DNA of 64,000 nt from positions 744,001 to 808,000 of the forward strand of contig BROI01000004.1 of assembly GCA_027923505.1 (NCBI GenBank). The letters are read 5' to 3'. Below, piece after piece: positions 11,159-21,703 of this stretch; the stretch's first letter is position 1; each line of letters opens with the position of its first letter. The notes beneath the pieces are model-generated. The model made no database searches, was not told the origin of the DNA, and saw only the letters and a program-made list of their open reading frames with translations. The translations under genes were made by a program, and so were the position numbers. Source of the stretch: Mayamaea pseudoterrestris. Its lineage: Eukaryota.

Positions 11159-11997
11159 TTACGAATGATCCTTCCATTCAAACTTTGGGTGCATCTTCTT
11201 GCTACTCTGCTGTCCATCCATGATAACCTCAAGCACCTTATTCTTGATGCGATTCGTGATCTTTGCGTCTTTCGTATTAAGCCAAATTTCCAGCTTGTAG
11301 AGCGGGTATCCACGACTCTTGTCCACTACGCGAACACCGTTAATGTGATCCACCAAGGAGTGATCCTCGTCGGCGCCATCCTCAATAACTTCTCCAACGA
11401 TTCCAAACACCAGATTACTCCAAAACAAGTCCAAAGTCTCTGGCTCAAGGTATTGTCGGCAAAACCACTCACCGCCGCTAATATTTTGCTTGTCGCCCCA
11501 CTCTGGTTCGATTCCCTTCTTGAACAAGCTATATTCTTCAACAGTCTTGCCGGTTGGACCAACCTTCTTTTTAGTCTCGCCATCAAAAAAGACGAGCGAC
11601 GGAAGCGGCAGGTGATTCAAGTGGTTCCAAACATCCTGCACCGTTCCAAAATGAGCCAACTCGCTCATATTGTCCTTCCAGGAATTGGCCTTGTCCTTGT
11701 TTCCACCGCTGCTCTGTCCAGACTTGTGCTCCCATAAGACCCAGTCTATTATAAAATTAAGGAAAATGAAGAATGAGTAAACAAAAACGATTGGGCAGCC
11801 CAATAAATGTGTCTGCACTTGACAGACGTATCACGGATTGCAAGCCGCATGGTCTCTCTGACGACGTCGATGCTCGTCCCATTGCGCCAATTTTGAAACT
11901 CAAACATAAAATAAAAAGCTATCATGAGCCTCGTACCATTCTGCAGGGGGAGTAATGGTTGTTCAGTTGCTGCTGCTGCCGACGATCCTTCCACCAT
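11159..11997 (-). CDS. eIF4E: Eukaryotic translation initiation factor 4E family member, 2 exons
   Basis: PLQN-D-WVLWEH across an intron (~11936-11747), then FGTVQDVW, YSLFKKGIEPEWGD..GGEW, INGVRVVDKSR, KLEIWL. Confidence 0.9.
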
Positions 11998-12199
11998 GGT
12001 CAACTTTGCTCACAACAAAACGATCGAATGGTTGTCACGCTCGGATGATTGCCGCTACGATTTCGTTTCTACCTATCATTCGTTTCGATTGCTTTTACCG
12101 CGGTACAGTATAGGTATAGTCATGTTAAGCTTCCGTAACAACAAGTAGCTATGTAAGATTCATACAATGGAAAAGCAGTGTCTCAAGACTATTTCTTGC

Positions 12200-14212
12200 C
12201 TTTGCAAAACGTCCGTCATAATCCGACTCGTCAACTGTTTACAGTTAGTCTCCACTTCTTCTTCCGCCCGCAGCAATGCTTCGAAGACATGCAAAACTTT
12301 ACTCGTCCATAACCTCATGCACTGAAACTACATCACCATCCAAAACCTGCTTTGCTGACGTCTTGTTCCTAGCCTTTTCAAATCACTTTCATGGCGGCGA
12401 AAACAAGCCTTGTGGCGACGACACTATGCCACTCTGCAACCGTTGGTGCCGCCAGTTGAAATCGCTGTCGATTGACCCATCAGCCGGCTGAACGCTTTCA
12501 TCGCCCTGATCATCGCGCAAAACAACTGGCCCAGTGCGTGTAAAGTAATGCTCAGGCACCGCCGCACGTGCAACCATAGCTATAGCAAGACTGGCTTTAA
12601 AGTCCAGTTGATGCTACATGTCTGCGTCACTGCCATTAAACCGTGGGATATAATCACGCAACGCAGAATATAATCGCGCAACGCAGAATCCTTCATCTCC
12701 AAAGAAAACCATGTACCGGTTACCTTACTCGATCAGATCCGACAATAAATTCAACGCATGATGCATGCAAGGCTGGCCTTACAGGTTAAGCAATGTTGGA
12801 TTATGAAAGAGGACCTTAGAGCCGCTGACGAGTGACTGAATCTCATCATTGCGATTATGAAAGAGGACCTTAGAGCCGCTGACGAGTGACTGAATCTCAT
12901 CATTGCGCGCATAAAACACATTCGCGGAGCGGGGAGGTGGTAGGATCAACGGTTTAACTTGGAGCAGTGGCTTTCGCGCGCTTCGCGCGCGCCCACAACT
13001 ACCGGTAGTTAACTGGGACGCTTTGTTAGTTGCAAGCTGTACAAGAGATTGATTATAAAAAGCTATGATCTATTGCTGCATGGGTGAAGTGGACAACAAC
13101 ATTGGGTTCAAAGGCTGTCGCGCGCTTCGCGCGCACTAACACAGTTGCTAAGCAATGGCCACACTATCAAGCAGCTATGCTCCTTCATAGCCAGTTACCA
13201 TCAGTCTAAGCGGTGGAAATGTTGCTGCATGGGTTGAGTAAGGAAGGAACTACAAATCAAACAAAAAGACACGTAGTATTGAGTCAGTTCTTTGCATTAC
13301 ATTGCTCCCGGTAATTGCTTCGCTCAATTATTGTAGAAGGTAGGAGATGTCGCAGAACGACACGGTCATTAAAAGTCATTGACTGCAAACGTCATAGAGT
13401 CGTAGTGGCAGTATCACACAATAATAAACACATTCGCGGGGCGGGGAGGTGGTAGGATCAATGGTTTTACAAAGCCTGCAATGGCTTTTGCGTGCTCCGC
13501 GCGCACAAACACTGCCAAACAGTAGACACAGTAACTTGAATCTGGTCCATAACAATTGCTTATTGTAGACAGAATCTAGGTGGGTGGATGCCAACAATAC
13601 TTGTTTAAATGGAACAAAACTAGAGGCTAGAGATAGCAGTAACTGAGTGATAATCAATGGCTTGATTGAGAGCATACTCTTATAGTAAAGCAATATTTCT
13701 TGGGATAGCTAATACAGTCATTGTGAGGGGTCATTGCATGCGACCAAAAACGAAACGTCATGCAGTCGCAGTGGCAGCCCTTCCAATTAATGTCGTGAAG
13801 CATGTTCGGATAGATCCTACCACAATTACAAGGTCGGCTGCCGCCGTTGGCACTGACCCAGTTTTGGAGTTGGATGGGAGGTTGGTCTATCAGTAGGCGG
13901 TTGCAATGGATAGGCAGTCATGTTGTACTGTCCGCAAGACAGCGGTCGGGTAGCTACCGACTATTGCCTGCACCAGCGTAGCTAACAGCTTGTGCGGGAC
14001 CTGTTCGCACGAGACTCTTCGTACCGGTACTGTTCGCAAGAGACAACGGTTGGGTAGCTATCAGTCTATTGCCTACAGAGGCGTCACGCGTACTCTTTGC
14101 AAGATACAGCGGTTGGGTAGCTAAGTGACATTTTATGTCCTAACGGGTTACGCACGCACAGACGCACGCGTAAAACTTTTAACTCACTGAGCCCGTTCCG
14201 GGTCAGTGAATC
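12200..14212. mobile_element. Repeat-rich non-coding island, probable decayed or non-autonomous transposon (Helitron/Helentron-like features)
   Basis: No intact gene. Diverged ~100-bp direct repeats (~12914 and ~13426), CGCGCGCTTCGCGCGC hairpins (~12976, ~13119), degenerate ~50-bp repeats at 13927-14123, a GCAC/AGAC microsatellite (~14150-14170) and a terminal hairpin at 14184-14209. Confidence 0.45.
12799..12906. repeat. Perfect 54-bp tandem duplication
   Basis: GATTATGAAAGAGGACCTTAGAGCCGCTGACGAGTGACTGAATCTCATCATTGC at 12799 and 12853. Confidence 0.95.
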
Positions 14213-14411
14213 TCGTGGAGCATGTCCGGAGAACTCCTACCACTAATAGTACAAGTAGCAGTGCACGTTTGTGACGTAGCGGTTTTCGTGTCGTAGCGGT
14301 GACTAATTTTGGCTCGCCTCTCGGCGAATGCGTTCTTCAATTCGTACCATTGTACCATAGTCATTCACACTTGACGCGTTTTTTCGATCACTCATACACT
14401 CCATCTACCAT

Positions 14412-16257
14412 CATGAACATCGACAACGAAACCATCTATCAGCCAGGAGACTTTGTTTTGGTGACGAGTGGAGAATGGACGGGCAAGCGAGGGTAGCGAG
14501 ACTTTGTTTTGGTGACGAGTGGAGAATGGACGGGCAAGCGAGGGTATGTCTCGAAGCTAATTCTTCCTCCGGCTGGCGAAACTGATATTCGATTTCAAGT
14601 TGTACTCGAAATCGACTTAGAAGCTGTCAGTTCCATTTTGCTCGTCAAGGAATTGGAAATGTTACGCAAAAAAGGACAGGAAGTCGTCTTAAGAGTTTGC
14701 GATTATTACACGAGCACGTATCCCTGCCTCGGAACGAATGAGCCAGTGTATTTCAACGACGATACCCCATATGGAATGCTCTATCGCCCTTCTATAATGG
14801 AACTTCCAGATGTACACTCGGTCGAAGCTATTTTTAATGATGCAGAGACTGAAGCGCTCTACCGTGGGTTGTACAATGGAAGCATGCTGGTAATCAAGTG
14901 GTTTCACTGGTTTGAGAAACCGCTGCATATTAACCTGTGCTTGCCATCATACACGGTCTCCTTTTATACAACTCGTGCAGACAATGGACTTCAACGTTTG
15001 GGATCATTGGAATGGCTCGTTAATGCTACGGAAGCAGGCACCAATTTCCAACATTATATGACCCACGCCGTCGATTATCTTAAGCAACTCATGCCATCTC
15101 AACAAGGCGCACTTCAAAGTCGCATAAAGCATCTGCTTCTACGTCTTAGCGGGTGCAACTTTGGTACAATCAGCTATGGCGCACTTTCTTTAATACTTAT
15201 GGACATTTATGTGGGACAAGGACGTCGAAATGCCGAGATCTTGGATTTGAGCATTGTCTCCGCGGATGTGGCGTTGCAGCATCAAGCAAAGCTTACGTTT
15301 CGAAAGGGAATCAATATGGTAGCCATGGATTTAGAGGCCTGTGCAAGGTTCCGTGAAGCGGCTGGCATTTTCGGACAGATCGCTGACTTTTGGACTGCTG
15401 AACCTAGCGAGAACTTTCCTGACGGAGTACACAAACCCGAAGACAGTCATCTACCGGTGAAAGTATGGTTCACAGTAAAGCAACGATATTCCCAAGGCAA
15501 CGCTTTTACTCTGAGTAAAGACTGGGATGATGCTGAGCGTTCGCTTATATGCGCATTAAACACTGTCGGCCAAAACTTGCCCATTGATGTTGCTCTCCGT
15601 GAATATCATTTTGAAAAATGTATTCATCGTCTCACTGATCTCTATGAATATTGGTCGAATGAATCCCTTAATGGCAAAAAGAGTGAGCGTTTACTTGAAG
15701 TCGCAGGTCTCCTATTCGTCGCATATCTTCACGCATCAGGAGTCCGTGACGTTCACGGAGTAAGAATTAAGTATCTTTTGTCGGAGTCCTATTGCAACAA
15801 TCCGATTGCAATGAAAACTGCTTTACAGCAAGCTTGTGCAGCAGATTCGACGCAGGCATTTCGATCCATAGTTCGCTCATGGAAGCGGCCAGGTATTGAT
15901 AAAAGCGCCTTACCACGGTTTCAAGTCGACCTCAATCAAGCGCGAAAGAGCACCAAGGAAATAGCCCGTGACACGCGGCATTCATATCTGATAGAAGATG
16001 GGAAAAGTCAGGTTCACATTTCCTGTAACAACCCAGGATGTTTCTTGTTCGAGCAATCCAAGGTACTCACATGCACCCGATGCCGAAGCGTGCAGTACTG
16101 GTAAGTGGCGTGGTCGAGACAGTGTGCGGTCACTTCTTCTTCCAATCTCACTCTATTTTGCTACACTTGTTTGATCAGCTCCAAGGACTGCCAGAAGGCC
16201 CATTGGGCGGAACACAAGGCTGATTGCAAACGGATTGCCGCCAGTTTGGCGAAATAG
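14412..16257 (+). CDS. KOW-like N-terminus / C-terminal MYND zinc finger protein, with a stop-bearing 5' duplication (possible pseudogene)
   Basis: MNIDNETIYQPGDFVLVTSGEWTGKRG* followed by the duplicated segment and a 531-aa ORF. Intron 16101-16178 completes the MYND: [32 protein letters not shown]. Confidence 0.75.
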
Positions 16258-16791
16258 TGCTACGGGCAGCTACCAGAACCACTCAAAGTTCATACCGCAA
16301 CATGGCACTAGGAAACTTGAGCGCCCACAGCGCTCGATTTTAGACAAGAATAGGTAGTGAACGAAGGTAGTAATACATGTCTTTACAAAAAAACGTACCT
16401 CTCGTTGGCGCTACATACCATAGTCCGGTGACCTGTATCAGCGACGTTGCGCAACATGTTGTCGCGGCAGATTATAGCTGGAGACTTCCCGACTTAGGTT
16501 TAACTGCCAAATAAGCTAGCAGGACAAGAAAGTGACCATTTATCTTGTTCTGCTGTTTTGCACCACGATAGGGTCATTTACTGGTATCACATGAGAGCAT
16601 ACTACTTGCTCCTTGTACAGAATTCTCGCAAGTGTGACTGGAATATAGATGTAGTCGTACCGGTACTGCAGTTCATTCCCGCTGTCGGAGCCGTTTCATC
16701 TATCGCAGCCATTCACCATCACATCACAAATCTCCGTCGCCTTTCGGCCTTGATGCATACTATTCCCAACCATTGGTAATAGGTGCCAAAG

Positions 16792-17895
16792 ATGCAGCTG
16801 TATAGACAGCCGAACCTGCTGCTGCTGACGTTTGCTCTACAATTCAATTTGACGCTGTCATTCCGTTCATTCGTTCGGCGGCATCCATCGCCACACTTTA
16901 CACTCGAAAAGTCGACAATCATTCTTCCATCAGGACGAGGTGTCGCCAATGACTATACATGGCATGAGGAAGCCTTTGAGATAGAAGTATCCGTTCCAGT
17001 ACCAATCAACACTCGCACCAAGGATTTGCGATTCAAGGCCACCTCCAAGTCCATTGAGCTCACGCTGCTGTCACAAAACAATCATACAGTGCTACTGCTA
17101 GATCCATCGCGCGCACTGCGGGGTCGCGTCAACATGGACGGCACGTACTGGGTGATTGGCGACGATTGCAACAAGACGCATCGCACGGTGACGGTGACGA
17201 TTGAAAAGTTGCTCCAGACGCCGCAGGATGACTTTGAAATAATCGACTACGATTGGAAGGGCGTTTATGTAAACGATGCCGACGAAGTTTCAGAGCGAAT
17301 CTACGACGAGCCGGAGCCGCTGGACGTGAGAAAGTATGCCGCGTCCTTGGGTGTCGACATTGACAATATCAACATGAGCATGGTGGACAAGACCATGTTT
17401 TCGTCCAACTTGAACTTGACACGGTCCAGCTTGGACGAGCTCACCAAGAGCGGATACGCGCAGGAAGTGACGCGGCAGGCGGATGGCACCGAGTATGTCG
17501 TCAATGACGATGGAGCGCCGGAGCGAGTGGCAAGCATGCAGGAGGAAATGGGTGCAACGACCCGACCGAAAATTCCGCTGATTGATACCGACTCGCCCTG
17601 GAACTCTGCCGTTCCAATACATCGCAACGCGGCAACCAATCAAACGTACATTCAGGAAACGCGAAATTTTACGCAAGCAGCGTTTGCGCAGGACGCTGCC
17701 TTGCAGCGACAGGAGCGAGAGAAGCAGTTGGCTGATGCGACTGCCGTGGAGGCCAAGGATCCGATTGATACGCTCACTGTTGCAAAACTAAAGGAAGTGT
17801 TAGCGTCGCAAGGGCTCAAAACTTCCGGGACGAAGCAGGAATTAAAGGAGCGGCTACGGGCGCAGGTGAATTCTCTGCTGCAGGGGAAGCAATGA
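16792..17895 (+). CDS. Signal/plastid-presequence protein with CS (p23/NudC-like) domain and C-terminal SAP domain
   Basis: Hydrophobic N-terminus ..LTLS-FRSF. CS domain: DYTWHEEAFEIEVSVPVP..LRGRVNMDGTYWVI..VTVTIEK. SAP domain: IDTLTVAKLKEVLASQGLKTSGTKQELKERL. Confidence 0.8.
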   Translation: MQLYRQPNLLLLTFALQFNLTLSFRSFVRRHPSPHFTLEKSTIILPSGRGVANDYTWHEEAFEIEVSVPVPINTRTKDLRFKATSKSIELTLLSQNNHTVLLLDPSRALRGRVNMDGTYWVIGDDCNKTHRTVTVTIEKLLQTPQDDFEIIDYDWKGVYVNDADEVSERIYDEPEPLDVRKYAASLGVDIDNINMSMVDKTMFSSNLNLTRSSLDELTKSGYAQEVTRQADGTEYVVNDDGAPERVASMQEEMGATTRPKIPLIDTDSPWNSAVPIHRNAATNQTYIQETRNFTQAAFAQDAALQRQEREKQLADATAVEAKDPIDTLTVAKLKEVLASQGLKTSGTKQELKERLRAQVNSLLQGKQ

Positions 17896-18014
17896 TGCAA
17901 CGCTCGCATCGATGACTCTATCAAGTCAGACATGACAGACACATCAAAGTATACATTTATAGTGTCTCTGCAATTGTACGTTGTAACTCGCTTATGCCAA
18001 TATATAATCGCCAC

Positions 18015-19367
18015 TTACCATTCACCGTAACTCAAATCAATCATACGCGTGCACCCCTTGCACTTTGCTTCCAGTATACTCGTTCGTAACTCGTTCATCA
18101 AGCGACTCCAGTTGGACTGCGTGGTCAATACAAAGTCGTTGGCTTCCATGGCTACAAGTAAACTGGCCAGTGCTTTGAGGCCGGGTTGGCCGGACAGCGC
18201 CTGCGCCATGCGAGGATTGCCATTGTAGCCAGCGTCGCGAAACGGAAGCATCTCTTTGTAGTATTGATCCACGTAAATGTTCCAGTCGGATGGTGCGGCG
18301 CTGGTGAATGCTTCAACCGCGTCGGGGTCTTCGGTGGCGAGAAAAATGTGAACGCCATAGTCGTCATGTTGTTGCCGCTGCCGCCGCTCGTCGAGAATGC
18401 TTTGCACAGCATTGACGTAACGTTCGATTGGCACTAGCTTCATTTCATCCTTCTTGTCGCCCCAGCGAACGTGCACGGTGATCAAGTGGGGCGGAACGGT
18501 TGCACTGCCAAAGACTAGATTCAATTGCCGCTCCGCTTCCATCTGCACCAGCGGCGACACGTTGCGAAAGAGAAACTCGACGCCAGCCGCGCGAACGTCG
18601 CCGTACGATAGATTGTATTGTTCCATGATAGTTAAACAGGATTTCTGGATCTTGCCGTTGGCGCGATATAGTTTGTGAGTTGTTGGCGCCGCAATAGCGA
18701 GTGAGTCACTACCATGGTTCGTATCATTCGCCGCCGCCAGCGGTAGCGCATGCGGCACATCGTTTGGACACTGCAGCTCGGACTTTGGAAAGTAGCAAGT
18801 CATGGCCGCAGTATTCATATAGTTGTTATTGTTGCACTGCTCGTTGGCGTAATAGATCCACGGCAATTTCGTGCGTATTCTATATCCTTGTTCCATGGCG
18901 TTGCAGACGGCCTGCGTCCACACGTGCAAATCGGAACCCATGCCGAAGCGGTTGCGAAACGTAAAGTCGGCCAATGGCAACGAGCAGTTATTTTGATGGT
19001 TGCGAATCATAGTGGCGAATGATGATGATGATTGTAGATTGGTCCAGTCGAACCGCAACTTGAGTCTGTGTGGATGATAGTGCTCCTTCTTATTTGCGAG
19101 TGATGATGATGCATTGTTGAATGCTGACAAGGACGGCAGCGAATTGAGGCTACTAATAGTATGCGGCTCTATTTCGTTCAGCATTAGCAGCACTCGCAAG
19201 TTGTCATTGTTGCTACTATGCAACAGCCACAGTCCGAGCGATATCAAGACGAGATTGAAAAAGCCGCATAGTAGTCTTGGAGGTAATCGACGACGATGAT
19301 GATGATGATGATGATGACGATGGTTGCCTGGTGCTTTTCGCCCTTGTAGGCGCATGGTTGTGGCCAT
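18015..19367 (-). CDS. Type II membrane GT23-like (alpha-1,6-fucosyltransferase/NodZ-like) glycosyltransferase
   Basis: N-terminal TM, GMGSDLH, ITVHVRWGDK, IFLATED, ANDFVLTTQSNWSRLMNELR, matching the alpha-1,6-FucT motifs. Confidence 0.8.
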   Translation of the reverse strand: MATTMRLQGRKAPGNHRHHHHHHHRRRLPPRLLCGFFNLVLISLGLWLLHSSNNDNLRVLLMLNEIEPHTISSLNSLPSLSAFNNASSSLANKKEHYHPHRLKLRFDWTNLQSSSSFATMIRNHQNNCSLPLADFTFRNRFGMGSDLHVWTQAVCNAMEQGYRIRTKLPWIYYANEQCNNNNYMNTAAMTCYFPKSELQCPNDVPHALPLAAANDTNHGSDSLAIAAPTTHKLYRANGKIQKSCLTIMEQYNLSYGDVRAAGVEFLFRNVSPLVQMEAERQLNLVFGSATVPPHLITVHVRWGDKKDEMKLVPIERYVNAVQSILDERRQRQQHDDYGVHIFLATEDPDAVEAFTSAAPSDWNIYVDQYYKEMLPFRDAGYNGNPRMAQALSGQPGLKALASLLVAMEANDFVLTTQSNWSRLMNELRTSILEAKCKGCTRMIDLSYGEW

Positions 19368-19562
19368 GGTCGCATTTGCCAAACACCATGCCAACGACGA
19401 AGTAAGTTTTCGCCTTGTCGTAGCGGTGATCCAGACGGCGCACAAAACGCTCGTGAGCAGATCACTGGCTCGCAGCCATGGAGATTCTTGCCGCGCACAT
19501 TCTCATCGAAGCTTCACTCGAGCAACGCACCGCAAGACTACGAATTATAACTAAAAGCTGTC

Positions 19563-21365
19563 ATGTCTGCAGCTAATCCTGCTTCATCTGGTTTGGTAAG
19601 CCTGGCGGAGCGCCTTCTTGTGCGCATGACGATGTCCCCTCACTCATCTCGCAACATTGCGTTGAATCATTATCAATCTCCCAACTCAATTCTCCATCTA
19701 ATTCGCTCCTTTTCCTTTCAATTTAATTAGTTCATTGGCGGCTCTCGCGAGTCTGGCTCCGATGTCCGCGTCCAAAATGTTCGGGCCGCCATTGCCGTGG
19801 CAAACATTGTCAAGTCGTCACTTGGTCCAGTCGGCTTGGATAAAATGCTAGTCGATGAAATTGGAGACGTTACCATCACCAACGACGGCGCTACCATTCT
19901 ACAGCAACTTGAAGTGGAGCATCCAGCGGCTCGTTTATTGGTTGACCTTGCGCAGCTGCAGGATCGCGAAGTGGGTGATGGAACGACGAGTGTTGTCTTG
20001 GTGGCGGCGGAACTGTTGCGACGAGGCAGCGACTTGATGCAAACATCAAACGTTCATCCAACCACTGTCATTAGTGGTTATCGGGCGGCACTCAAGGCTG
20101 CCATTGCCTACGTCAAGAGTCATTTGGTAACGCCAGTGACGCGACTGTCGGACGAGCATTTGCTCATGGCGGCCAAGACGAGCATGGCCAGCAAACTGAT
20201 TGGCAATGAATCCGACTTTTTTGCGCAAATGGCTGTGCAAGCCGTCAAGAGTGTTGCCACAAAAATGAGTGACGGCAAGACAAAGTATCCGCTGAGTGCC
20301 ATTCATATTCTCAAAGCGCATGGCTTGTCGTCTCTGGATAGTCGCTGCTTGCCGGGCGGCTTTGCGTTGAATGCGACGCGAGCCTCACAAGGCATGCCGA
20401 CACATGTCGAAGCTGCTAGTGAAGAAAGTACTGTCAAGATTTGCTTGTTGGACATGAACTTGCAGCGACACCGCATGGCCATGGGTGTCAGCATTCAAGT
20501 GACTGATCCAGCTGAAATTGAAAAGATCAAGCAGGAGGAACTTACCATTACCAAGCGCAAGATTGATACAATTTTGGCCACGGGCGCCAAGGTTGTCTTG
20601 ACGACAAAGGGACTGGATGATACTTGCATGAAGTACTTTGTGCAGGCGGGTGTTTTATGTGCCAGACGCATTAACAAGGATGACATGAAGCGACTTGCAA
20701 AGGCAACGGGTGGCAAGATTGTTGTGACGCTGGCTGACATGGAGGGCGAGGAGAGTTTTGACATTGCCAACTGTGGACAGTGCAAGACTGTACGCGAGGT
20801 ACGAGTTGGAGATGGAGAAATGATGCAATTTGAAGGTTGTGTTGGCGGACCAGATGGAGGTTCCGCTTCCACAATTCTGCTGCGCGGACCAAACGAGTAC
20901 TACTTGGATGAGGCGGATCGGGCATTGCATGATGCGCTCTGCGTGGTCAAGCGCATGTTGGAAAGTAGCTCGCTTGTGCCAGGTGGTGGTGCAGTCGAGG
21001 TGGCGCTTTCAGTGTATTTGGATACATTTGCTGCAACACTTGACACACGCGAGCAGCTTGCCATTCAAGAATTTGCTGCGGCCCTGCTGGTTATCCCAAA
21101 GACGTTGGCGGTGAATGCAGCAAAGGATAGTTCTGAACTGGTAGCTAAGCTTCGTTCAATCCACGCCAAGAGCCAAAAGAATTCGGAAGATGAATCATTG
21201 AAAAACATGGGTTTAGACTTGGTGGAGGGAACGGTTCGTGACAACCTTGCGGCTGGTGTGGTAGAGCCTGCCGTGTCCAAAATCAAATCGCTTCGCTTTG
21301 CCTGTGAGGCTGCCATTACTATTCTGCGCATTGACGATCGTATTATTGTGGCGCCAAGTAATTAA
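19563..21365 (+). CDS. CCT1: T-complex protein 1 subunit alpha (CCT1), 2 exons
   Basis: Exon 1 19563-19595, intron 19596-19730. [62 protein letters not shown]. Confidence 0.95.
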
Positions 21366-21703
21366 CTAAAACTAAAAAAGATGTTGATAATATATGTAAA
21401 TATATAAATATGTATTGAATTGCTTGAGCTATACATGCTCGGCATGGTTTATTTAAACAGCAAATCAATCACATGAGTGCCACTTTCAAATGTTCGGACG
21501 ATACTTGACCCTGTTTCTGTTCCTGTTTATAGCCCGGAAACGACTCGTATACACGCTCCAGCTGTTGCCATCCAATGAAAGATCGCATATGCGGCGTCGG
21601 TTTGTTGAGAAGTAACGAGCCGTAAATAATTCGTTGTTGCAAAGAGCTCGACAACGAGAAGCTCTCGCGAGATACCCTTGGGTCTCCTCACTCAACGATA
21701 AAT

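Noticed and set aside
12799..14123. Possible CRISPR array
   Set aside because: Repeats are adjacent doublets or degenerate units without unique regular spacers; no cas genes; eukaryotic context.
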